Part shown: positions 1-7,156 of the stretch, one piece after another
How positions within the stretch are numbered: position 1 is the stretch's first letter
How the letters are laid out: the number at the start of each line of letters is the position of its first letter
Source: a virus
Lineage: Duplodnaviria; Caudoviricetes
DNA length: 32,108 nt
Virus record (IMG/VR): IMGVR_UViG_3300026302_000089
Location: 1-32,108 of that record
Strand: one strand, 5' to 3'
The notes under the pieces: generated by a model
The model's database searches: none
What the model was told of the DNA's origin: nothing
Seen by the model: only the letters and a program-made list of their open reading frames with translations
Program-made: the position numbers and the translations under genes

Positions 1-18
1 AGCGCGCCCGAGGCGCAT

Positions 19-1149
19 GTGCTGCGCAGCGTCCGCGCCATCAATCTGCAAGGCGTCGAGGCGGCGATGGCGGACACGTCGCCGCCCGTGTTCGAACGGG
101 TCGATCCGGCGACCCTGCTGGTCGACGACGGCTATCAGCGCAATCTGTCGGAGCGGTCGATCAAGCTGGTCCGGAAAATCTGCGGCGGATGGGACTGGCG
201 ACGGTTCAAGCCGCCTGTCTGCGCCCGCACCGACCGGGGGCTGGAAGTGATCGACGGTCAACACACGGCCATCGCCGCCTGCAGCCATCCCGGCGTCACC
301 GAGATTCCGGTGATGGTGGTGGTGGCGGCCTCGCGCAGCGACCGGGCCCAGAGCTTTATCGGCCATAACCGCGACCGGCTGAACATCACGCCGATGCAGA
401 TGCATTTCGCGGCGGCGGCGGCCGGCGACGAGGACGCCCTGGACATCGAAGCGGTGTGCGCGCGGGCCGGGGTGCGCCTGCTGAAGGCGACGCCCGGGAA
501 CGGCGTGTGGGCGGTCGGCGAAACGGTGGCGGTCAAGGCGTTGGGCGCGCTGATCGCCAGGCGCGGCGTGGTCAAGGCCCGCAAGGTGCTGGAGGTCCTG
601 GTGATGGGTCGGGCGGCGCCGGTGACGACGGGGCAGATTCGCGCCGTCGACTGTCTGCTGCATGACGCCGAATACCGCGACGACATCGACGCCGACGGCG
701 TGGTGAACGCGATGATGAAGCTGGGCGTCATGGCCGAACAGGAGGCCGGCGTTTTCGCCGCCACCCACAAGGTCCCCCAGTGGAAGGCGCTGGCCATCGT
801 ACGGCTGGAGGATCGGGTCCTGGAGCTGGAGGAGGCGTTGGGCGTGCTGGTCCTGCCGCCGCTGGAGTGGGGGCTGACCAAGAACGAAGGGCGGCTGCTG
901 GGCGTGCTGCTGGAACGCGAGATCGTGACGAAGGACACGGCCATGGCGGCCCTGTATCGCGACCGGGGCGACCGTGAGCCCGAGGTGAAGATCGTCGACG
1001 TCTTCATCTGCAAGGCCCGCAAGAAACTGAAGCCGTTCGGCGTCTCGATCGAGACGCGCTGGGGCGTCGGCTATTCGATGTCCCCTGCGTCCAAGGCGGC
1101 CGCGCGGCGGCAGATCGCCGAGGCCGCAGGCCTGGAGGCGGCGGCGTGA
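19..1149 (+). CDS. ParB/Srx-like N-terminal domain protein fused to a C-terminal OmpR/PhoB-type (CtrA-like) winged-helix DNA-binding domain; the frame is open to the window edge, so the true start may lie upstream
   Basis: N-terminal LLVDDGYQRNL and VIDGQHTAIAA are ParB-like motifs. C-terminal LTKNE...LYRDRGDREPEVKIVDVFICKARKKL...IETRWGVGY closely resembles the CtrA effector domain. Confidence 0.8.
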   Translation: MLRSVRAINLQGVEAAMADTSPPVFERVDPATLLVDDGYQRNLSERSIKLVRKICGGWDWRRFKPPVCARTDRGLEVIDGQHTAIAACSHPGVTEIPVMVVVAASRSDRAQSFIGHNRDRLNITPMQMHFAAAAAGDEDALDIEAVCARAGVRLLKATPGNGVWAVGETVAVKALGALIARRGVVKARKVLEVLVMGRAAPVTTGQIRAVDCLLHDAEYRDDIDADGVVNAMMKLGVMAEQEAGVFAATHKVPQWKALAIVRLEDRVLELEEALGVLVLPPLEWGLTKNEGRLLGVLLEREIVTKDTAMAALYRDRGDREPEVKIVDVFICKARKKLKPFGVSIETRWGVGYSMSPASKAAARRQIAEAAGLEAAA

Positions 1150-1832
1150 CGCGTGTCGAGATCATCGGGCCCGCGACGCTGTATCTGGGCGACAGCTACG
1201 AAATCTTGCCGACGCTGGGCGACCTGGACGCAGGGGTGTTCGATCCGCCCTACCGCTTCTCGACGTCGGGCGGCGGCCGCTTCCGAAAAAGCCGACCGTC
1301 GATGGACCGGATCGCGGCGAAGGGCCTGGACCAGGGATTCGACGACGTCATCGTCAGTCCCGCCCGGTTCCGGTCGGTCGCCGTCTTCTGCCACAACGAC
1401 CAGTTGGCGGAGCTCCTGCCGCGCATGGCGGCGCGGTATCACCGGGCCGTGGTCTGCTGCTGGCACAAGACCAACCCGCTGCCCGTCGCTAACAAGCACT
1501 ATCGGCCGGACACGGAATTCTGGATTCACGCCTGGCTCGAAGGCGCGCATCCAATCGGAACGCTGGCGGACAAGGCGCGCTGGATCGCCAGCGAAAGCGG
1601 TCGCTTCAGCGGGGTCGCGCATCCCACGGTCAAGCCCGACGTCGTCATGGACAAGGTGCTGGCCACGATCAACGCCGCGTCGATCTGCGACCCGTTCATG
1701 GGCAGCGGTTCGACAGGGTTGGCGGCGATCAAGCGTGGACTGCACTTCGTCGGCGTCGAGAAGGACCCTGAGTATTTCGACATCGCCTGCGCCCGCCTGG
1801 ACCAGGCCGTCCGCCAGTCGGCGTGCGCGTGA
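1146..1832 (+). CDS. DNA N6-adenine/N4-cytosine methyltransferase (beta-class motif order)
   Basis: Catalytic DPPY motif precedes HPTVKP and the SAM-binding DPFMGSGSTG. The GTG start overlaps the upstream stop. Confidence 0.9.
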   Translation: MTRVEIIGPATLYLGDSYEILPTLGDLDAGVFDPPYRFSTSGGGRFRKSRPSMDRIAAKGLDQGFDDVIVSPARFRSVAVFCHNDQLAELLPRMAARYHRAVVCCWHKTNPLPVANKHYRPDTEFWIHAWLEGAHPIGTLADKARWIASESGRFSGVAHPTVKPDVVMDKVLATINAASICDPFMGSGSTGLAAIKRGLHFVGVEKDPEYFDIACARLDQAVRQSACA

Positions 1833-2092
1833 TGGCGAAATGGCCGTTGAAGATCGCCCCGGGCTGCGAACTGACGCCGTTCAAGGCGGCGGTGCTGCGG
1901 CATGTCGCGGACGCCGGCGACGTCGGCCTGTGCGCGGGTCCGGCGACGCCGGGGGGCACATTGGCGGCTCTGTCGCAGTTCGGCCTGGTGGAGGCCTGCG
2001 CGCAGCCGGCGAACGACGTGCTGGGCGGCCGCCGCTATCGCCTGACCGTCGCCGGCCGGACCATCGTCCAGACGCTGGGGGCGCGGAAATGA
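1832..2092 (+). CDS. hypothetical phage protein (possible small winged-helix protein)
   Basis: TGATG coupling to the methyltransferase stop. LTPFKAAVL...YRLTVAGR resembles a wHTH wing. Confidence 0.6.
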   Translation: MAKWPLKIAPGCELTPFKAAVLRHVADAGDVGLCAGPATPGGTLAALSQFGLVEACAQPANDVLGGRRYRLTVAGRTIVQTLGARK

Positions 2093-2388
2093 CCCGACGC
2101 CAACCTCGGCTCTATTGCTCGGACTGGAGCTGCCCGTCGATGTGGGGGTGCGAACGCGCCTGGGCGCGCGCGGAGGAATACTGGGCGTTCGATGTCGCGG
2201 ACATCGACGAAGGGCGCGTCGCCACGCGCGTTTTCGAGCGGCGCAGGGGCGTCGATTCCTGCGACGACTACGAGCGGGCGACGCCGAAGGACTGGTTGAA
2301 AACCGTCTTCACCCCTCAGGGGCGTTCGGTCATCGAGCCGCCGCCGCGCGGCTTCGCCCTCTATGCGATCCGGGGCGGTCGGGCATGA
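2089..2388 (+). CDS. small Cys-containing hypothetical protein (MTRRQPRLYCSDWSCPSMWGC...)
   Basis: ATGA overlaps at both ends (2089-2092 and 2385-2388). It is the C-terminal part of listed ORF 1153..2388. Confidence 0.6.
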   Translation: MTRRQPRLYCSDWSCPSMWGCERAWARAEEYWAFDVADIDEGRVATRVFERRRGVDSCDDYERATPKDWLKTVFTPQGRSVIEPPPRGFALYAIRGGRA

Positions 2389-3704
2389 GCGACGACCGCC
2401 TTTTCGACCAGGCCCGGGATGCCGTCCGATGCGAGGACGTGGCGGAGCGCCGCGTGAAGCTGCTGAAGATGGGCGGAGCCTGGCGCGGCGTCTGTCCGCT
2501 GAAGGACTGCGGGTCCAAGAGCGGACAGGGGCCGTTCAGCGTCTTCGGCGACGGGCGGCGCTGGAAGTGCTGGAGCTGCGATCCGCGCGGCGGCGACGTG
2601 ATCGACCTGGAGCACCGACTGTTCGGCAAGCCGGACGAGACGATCCGGGACGCGGCGCGGCGCCTGATCGGCGGCGTCTTGCAGGAGGAATCTGACGATG
2701 CGCGCGAACGCCGTGCGCACGCTGCCGAGGCGCGCGAGCGCGCGGCCATGGCGGACGCCGCCTGGAAGGCCGCCCTGTTCGCGCGGCTGTGGCGCGAGGG
2801 CCAGTCGGCGGCGGGGACGTTGGTGCAGACCTATCTGGAAAGCCGGGGCATCCGGGGGCCGGTGCTGGCGCGGGCGCTGAAAATCCTGCGCTTCCATCCC
2901 GCCGCCTATCACAGCGGCGATCCCGAGGCGGGCGTGCGCCTGCCCGCCATGATCAACATCTGCCTGACCGAGCTGGGCCCCACGGGCGGCGGCCATGTCA
3001 CCTATCTGGCGCCGAACGGGCGCGCGAAGACGCACCGCAAGGGCGCGAAGAAGATGTGGGGCCCGCAGGGGCTGTTCCTTCTGGCGCGCAAGGACGGCGG
3101 GTTCGGTCCGCCGCCTCCGCCGCGTCGGGGCGAGCCGGCGGAGGGGTATGTGCTGCGCGGCGGATACTGGCTGAGCGCGCCGGACGCGCCGGGGCCGCTG
3201 GCGGTTGCCGAGGGGCAGGAGAACGCACTGAGCCGGGCGATGATGCTGGGCGGAGATCTGCACCTGCCGACGCGGGCGGCAGCGGCCGGGTCGCTGGATG
3301 CGCTGCAGGGCGGCGAGCTGAAGGACGCCGAGGGCGTTCTGGTCGATGTCTGGGGCGCGACGGGCGATCCCATGCGCCCGCCCTTCACCTGGCCCGAGGA
3401 CCCCCGGACCCCATGGGGCGTGGTGGACATCGCCTGCGACAGCGACATGAGCGCGGTCACGGTCCAGGGCCGCAGCGGCAAGAACCGCATCGGCCGCAGC
3501 CGGGTGATCGAGGTGCGGCGCGAGGCGGTCGAACGGGCCCGCGTCTGCGGCCGGCTGGCCCAGGCCGCATGGTTCCGAAGGCTGACGCCGTCGCCGGACG
3601 ACCTGCCGCTGACGCCGTCGATCGTGCGGGCCAGCTGTCCGCCGGCGGGGCTGGATTTCAACGACATGATCAGAGCGGCCGAAGCCGCCGGGGGTAAAGC
3701 GTAG
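2385..3704 (+). CDS. phage DNA primase (N-terminal Zn finger plus Toprim-like domain)
   Basis: CPLKDC...WKCWSC...GGDVIDL zinc-binding domain, YLESRGI, VAEGQENAL, ACDSD and DFND motifs. ATG at 2385 is coupled to the upstream stop. Confidence 0.85.
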   Translation: MSDDRLFDQARDAVRCEDVAERRVKLLKMGGAWRGVCPLKDCGSKSGQGPFSVFGDGRRWKCWSCDPRGGDVIDLEHRLFGKPDETIRDAARRLIGGVLQEESDDARERRAHAAEARERAAMADAAWKAALFARLWREGQSAAGTLVQTYLESRGIRGPVLARALKILRFHPAAYHSGDPEAGVRLPAMINICLTELGPTGGGHVTYLAPNGRAKTHRKGAKKMWGPQGLFLLARKDGGFGPPPPPRRGEPAEGYVLRGGYWLSAPDAPGPLAVAEGQENALSRAMMLGGDLHLPTRAAAAGSLDALQGGELKDAEGVLVDVWGATGDPMRPPFTWPEDPRTPWGVVDIACDSDMSAVTVQGRSGKNRIGRSRVIEVRREAVERARVCGRLAQAAWFRRLTPSPDDLPLTPSIVRASCPPAGLDFNDMIRAAEAAGGKA

Positions 3705-5563
3705 TGAGCGACGAACATGTGATGGCCGACGACGGCGCCGACCGGGGGACGACGGCCTGGGTCGACCCCAAGGTCGAGGACTGTCCGGTGATTCCGCTGG
3801 GCTTCGTCGGCCGCGACGTGGTGTTCGCCCTGCCCGAGGGCGAAATCCGGCGCGAGCCGGCGGCGCGGATCGGACAGATGCTGCGGACCGACATTTACGC
3901 GTCGGTGTCCGGCACGATTTTTCTGAGCTTGTGGCGCGACGAGGAAGGCAAGATTTCGCTGGTCGAGGCCGGCAAGTGGCTGGTGAGGCAGTGCCGGCAG
4001 CGCGGCGTCTGGGACGAGGACCGGCCGAGACGCGGCTATGGCGTCTGGCCCGGGGAGAACGGGCCGGTCATCCACGTCGGCGATGCGGTCGGCGAATGGC
4101 CGCTGAGACCCGAGGACTGGCGCCCCGTGGCGGAGGCGTTGAGGTCGGACGTATCGGGGCCGCTGTGGCTGTTGAAGCCGAAGTTGGCGCGGCCGATGAA
4201 GCCGGCGACGACGAAGGAGGCGGGGGCGCTGCGCGCGACGTTGAACCTGTGGGCGTTCGGGCCGCTGGACCCCCGCGCCCCCGACGGTTTGAGCCAGGCG
4301 GACGCCTTGTTCGGCTGGCTGGCGGTGCAGCTGTTGGGGGCGTGGCCCCGGTTCAGGCCCGTGGTCGCCCTGAGCGGCGGCGCCGGGACCGGAAAGACGA
4401 CGTTGTCGCGCCTGATGCAGCAGGCGGGCAGCGCCAACGCCGGCGACCTGTTGGACACCTTCACGGACGCGGGCCTGAAAAACACCCTGTCGGCCGAGGC
4501 GCGCGGCCTGTTCCTGGACGAGGCCGAGCCCAGTTCGGACGGTCAGCCCGGCCCGGTCGAACGTGTGCTGGAAGTCCTGCGCCGAATGGCGACCGGGGAG
4601 GGCAGTTCCGGGCGCAAAGGGACCATCGGCGGCGGCGCCGTCGCCACCTCGGCGGTCGGCTGCGCCTATCTGGCCAGCATTTTCCCCGTGCCCCTCGGCG
4701 ACGCCATGGCCACGCGAACGCTGGAAATCCGGCTCGGTCGGCTCGATCCGAGCAAGGGGACGACGGACGACGACCTGGAGGCCGCCATCGAGGCGGCGCG
4801 CGCCTTGTCGCCGGCCCTGCTGGCCAGGGCCTTGAGAGAGGCGAAGCGCTTTCGCGCCGACGTCGCGGCGGTCAAGGCCGCCCTGGTCGAGAACAAGCAG
4901 GCGCACCGGGCCGCCGACCTGATCGCCACGCTTGCGGCCGGACGTCGGCTGCTGCTGTTCGACAAGGCCCTGACGGCGGAGGAGGCGAAGACGGAGGCGG
5001 CGGCCTGGCTGGGCCTGGCCCAGGTCAGGGCCGAGCGATCATCGGCGCAGAACCCGGGGCAAGGGTGCCTGCAGCATATCTGGGCGCTGAACTCGGGCCA
5101 CCTGGGGCACGACCGCGCGCTGACGTTGGGCGAGCTGATCGAGGAGCAGCTGGACAGTCCGGGCGGCCGCGCCGAGAAGGTGCTGAAGGCCTGGGGGTTG
5201 ATGATCGAGAACGGGCACCAGGGGGCCGACCGCGTCGGTCCCTGGCTGCTGGTGGCGAACAACCATCCCAATCTCGAGCGCGCGCTGCATGGCGGGCAAT
5301 ACGCCAACTGGCGCGGGGTGCTGGAACATCTGGCGGACCTGGGGCCGTCGTTCGCGCCCCGGCCCGGCGACGGGCCCAAGCGTTTCGGCATGCACCAGAG
5401 CCGGGTGCTGTGCGTCCCCCTCACCCCCTGGCTGTCGAAGCCTGTCGCCGTGGGTGCGGACCCCCGAACGCCCACCGCGTTCGACCCGCCCGTCTGGGGC
5501 CGTGCGTCCGATCCGTACCATGACCCGTCCCGCGCGCCGTCCCACGGTGAAAGCCATGAATGA
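3704..5563 (+). CDS. P-loop NTPase, probable replicative helicase partner of the primase
   Basis: Walker A GGAGTGKT and Walker B LFLDEAE. It lies directly downstream of the primase. Confidence 0.75.
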   Translation: MSDEHVMADDGADRGTTAWVDPKVEDCPVIPLGFVGRDVVFALPEGEIRREPAARIGQMLRTDIYASVSGTIFLSLWRDEEGKISLVEAGKWLVRQCRQRGVWDEDRPRRGYGVWPGENGPVIHVGDAVGEWPLRPEDWRPVAEALRSDVSGPLWLLKPKLARPMKPATTKEAGALRATLNLWAFGPLDPRAPDGLSQADALFGWLAVQLLGAWPRFRPVVALSGGAGTGKTTLSRLMQQAGSANAGDLLDTFTDAGLKNTLSAEARGLFLDEAEPSSDGQPGPVERVLEVLRRMATGEGSSGRKGTIGGGAVATSAVGCAYLASIFPVPLGDAMATRTLEIRLGRLDPSKGTTDDDLEAAIEAARALSPALLARALREAKRFRADVAAVKAALVENKQAHRAADLIATLAAGRRLLLFDKALTAEEAKTEAAAWLGLAQVRAERSSAQNPGQGCLQHIWALNSGHLGHDRALTLGELIEEQLDSPGGRAEKVLKAWGLMIENGHQGADRVGPWLLVANNHPNLERALHGGQYANWRGVLEHLADLGPSFAPRPGDGPKRFGMHQSRVLCVPLTPWLSKPVAVGADPRTPTAFDPPVWGRASDPYHDPSRAPSHGESHE

Positions 5564-5750
5564 CGGGGCTTACAGGCGTCGCTGGGACGCTGGGACGGAT
5601 GGGACGCGAAGGCGTCTCCGTGCGGGTGCGAGCGCAGGCGAGCGCATGACGCCACAGGTGCGTCCCATGCGTCGCGCGCGTCCCATGACTGTTTTTTATG
5701 TGAACTTCCAAGAAGATAAATGGGACGCCCCAATGATACGGCTTGGGACG
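5526..5750. repeat. cluster of TGGGACG/CGTCCCA heptamers around an AT-rich tract; putative replication origin (iterons)
   Basis: TGGGACG at 5583, 5591, 5600, 5721 and 5744; CGTCCCA at 5538, 5661 and 5679; CGTCCC at 5526; AT-rich tract about 5690-5720. Confidence 0.65.
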
Positions 5751-5779
5751 GCCCGCCTAGCATCGAAAGGGCTGCCCCA

Positions 5780-6346
5780 GTGACCGCGTCCGCCGTTCAA
5801 TCCGCCGCTACAGGCAAGGCCTGGTATGTCGTCGTCACGCACGTCCATCAGGAACGGCACGCGCGCTATCAGCTCGAACAGCAGGGGTTCAGCGTCTACC
5901 TGCCGATGGTGCCGCCCCCTGCACGGGCCCGCAACGGCTCGGCGCCGTCGCCTCGGCCGATGATCCCGCGCTACCTGTTCATCGAGATGGACTTGAACCA
6001 GGATCGGTGGCGGGCCGTGTTCTCGACGATGGGCGTGACCGAGGTGATCATGCGCGGGACCGGCGCCGCCGCGCGGCCCTGTCCGATCCCCGGCCGGTTC
6101 ATCAGCGAAACGAAGGCGCGGGAAGTGAACGGCCTGGTCGTGTTGCGGCGGCCCCGCAACGACAACGCCTCGGCCGGATCGGCGCGCTCGCGGTTCCGGC
6201 GCGGCGACAAGTTGAGGGTCGCCGGGGCCACGGCCGACTACGACGTCATCTTCGACGAAATGGTTGACGGCGACCGGGCGGCGGTCATATTCACGCTGCT
6301 AGGGCGTGATTCGCGCCAGATCATTGCACTGCCGTCAGAGGACTGA
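5780..6346 (+). CDS. NusG/RfaH-family transcription antitermination factor (NGN plus KOW-like domain)
   Basis: WYVVVTHVHQERHARYQLEQQGFSVYLP...PMIPRYLFI (NGN domain) and FRRGDKLRV...FTLLGR (KOW-like). GTG start at 5780 follows GAAAGGG; an in-frame ATG at 5720 is an alternative. Confidence 0.88.
   Translation: MTASAVQSAATGKAWYVVVTHVHQERHARYQLEQQGFSVYLPMVPPPARARNGSAPSPRPMIPRYLFIEMDLNQDRWRAVFSTMGVTEVIMRGTGAAARPCPIPGRFISETKAREVNGLVVLRRPRNDNASAGSARSRFRRGDKLRVAGATADYDVIFDEMVDGDRAAVIFTLLGRDSRQIIALPSED
6264..6291 (+). promoter_or_regulatory. putative sigma70 late promoter embedded in the 3' end of the antiterminator gene
   Basis: TTGACG (6264-6269), 16-nt spacer, CATATT (6286-6291). It coincides with codons atypical for this GC-rich gene (GTT, ATA). 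Confidence 0.45.
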
Positions 6347-6353
6347 CGCGCAG

Positions 6354-6365
6354 TGCGGTAGCCAT
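6354..6365 (+). promoter_or_regulatory. ops-like antiterminator loading site
   Basis: TGCGGTAGCCAT versus the RfaH ops consensus GGCGGTAGnnTG. Core GCGGTAGC at 6355-6362 lies between the RfaH-like gene and a terminator. Confidence 0.55.
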
Positions 6366-6387
6366 CCAGCCCAACCCAGTTTCGATC

Positions 6388-6420
6388 ACCCGCCCAGGCA
6401 TCGCGCCGGGCGGGTTTTTC
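6388..6420 (+). terminator. intrinsic terminator upstream of the late operon (tR'-like)
   Basis: ACCCGCCC-a-GGC / loop ATCGC / GCC-GGGCGGGT, followed by TTTT. Confidence 0.8.
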
Positions 6421-6426
6421 GTTGGA

Positions 6427-6439
6427 AATCAATCCTTTG
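6427..6439 (+). promoter_or_regulatory. IHF consensus site next to cos
   Basis: AATCAATCCTTTG is an exact match to WATCAANNNNTTR. Confidence 0.5.
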
Positions 6440-6458
6440 CACTGACGCTGATGCGCGC

Positions 6459-6572
6459 GGGTCCTTCCCCCCGACCCTGCGCGTATACGGTGGGCCGAGG
6501 CATGTTCGTTCCCTAGTGAGCGATGTTGCGAGCGGTGCAACAGGCGTTGCGGGCGCAACGGGGAGCGCAACG
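6459..6572 (+). other. lambda-like cos packaging site (cosQ, cosN and cosB-like repeats)
   Basis: GGGTCCT (identical to lambda cosQ) at 6459-6465, a 24-nt spacer ending TACG, then GTGGGCCGAGGC (6490-6501). Five GTTGC/GCAAC repeats lie at 6525-6571, immediately before the small terminase. Confidence 0.7.
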
Positions 6573-6574
6573 GC

Positions 6575-7156
6575 ATGACCCCAGCTTTCAAACTCGAGAC
6601 GCCCGCCGCTGCGCGTTGGGTGAGCGTCAGCGACGCTGCCCGCCTCGAGGGCGAGGCGGGAAGGGCGGTGAACAAATCGTCGATCTCGCGCTTCATAGAC
6701 CGCAACCCTGATGTCCCGGTTCGACGCGACGCCCGCAATCGCGTAATCGAGGTCGACTACCAGTTTCTGTCAGCCGCCCGGGCGGCGTCGCTGTCGGTCC
6801 AGGACAGCCGCGAAGCCCCGGCGGCCGGCACGGTCGCAAAAGCGTCGGTCCAGCCGATCAACTCGCGGAAGCGCGACCTCGAAGTCGAAAAGCTCGAGCT
6901 TGATCTCGCTGAACGCAAAGGCGAGCTGCTGTCGCGCGCGGCCCAGACCATGGCGATAGAGGCCATCGGCGTGTCGTTTCTCCAAGGGCTGGAACGCCGC
7001 CGGCGCGCACTTGCGACAAAGCTTGTCGGCATCACGGAACAGCGCCCCATGGAACTGGCGCTCAAGGCGGCCGACACGGCCCTGCTGAACCAGCTGGTGA
7101 TCGACCTGCGCAAGGTCGCCGGCGGCCTCGAGGCCGAGGACCAGGCGGCGGCATAG
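6575..7156 (+). CDS. terminase small subunit (Nu1-like)
   Basis: N-terminal HTH-like segment and LELDLAERKGELL coiled region. Positioned between cos and the large terminase. Confidence 0.75.
   Translation: MTPAFKLETPAAARWVSVSDAARLEGEAGRAVNKSSISRFIDRNPDVPVRRDARNRVIEVDYQFLSAARAASLSVQDSREAPAAGTVAKASVQPINSRKRDLEVEKLELDLAERKGELLSRAAQTMAIEAIGVSFLQGLERRRRALATKLVGITEQRPMELALKAADTALLNQLVIDLRKVAGGLEAEDQAAA

Noticed and set aside
5526..5750. CRISPR array
   Set aside because: The repeats are only 7 bp, occur in both orientations and are irregularly spaced.
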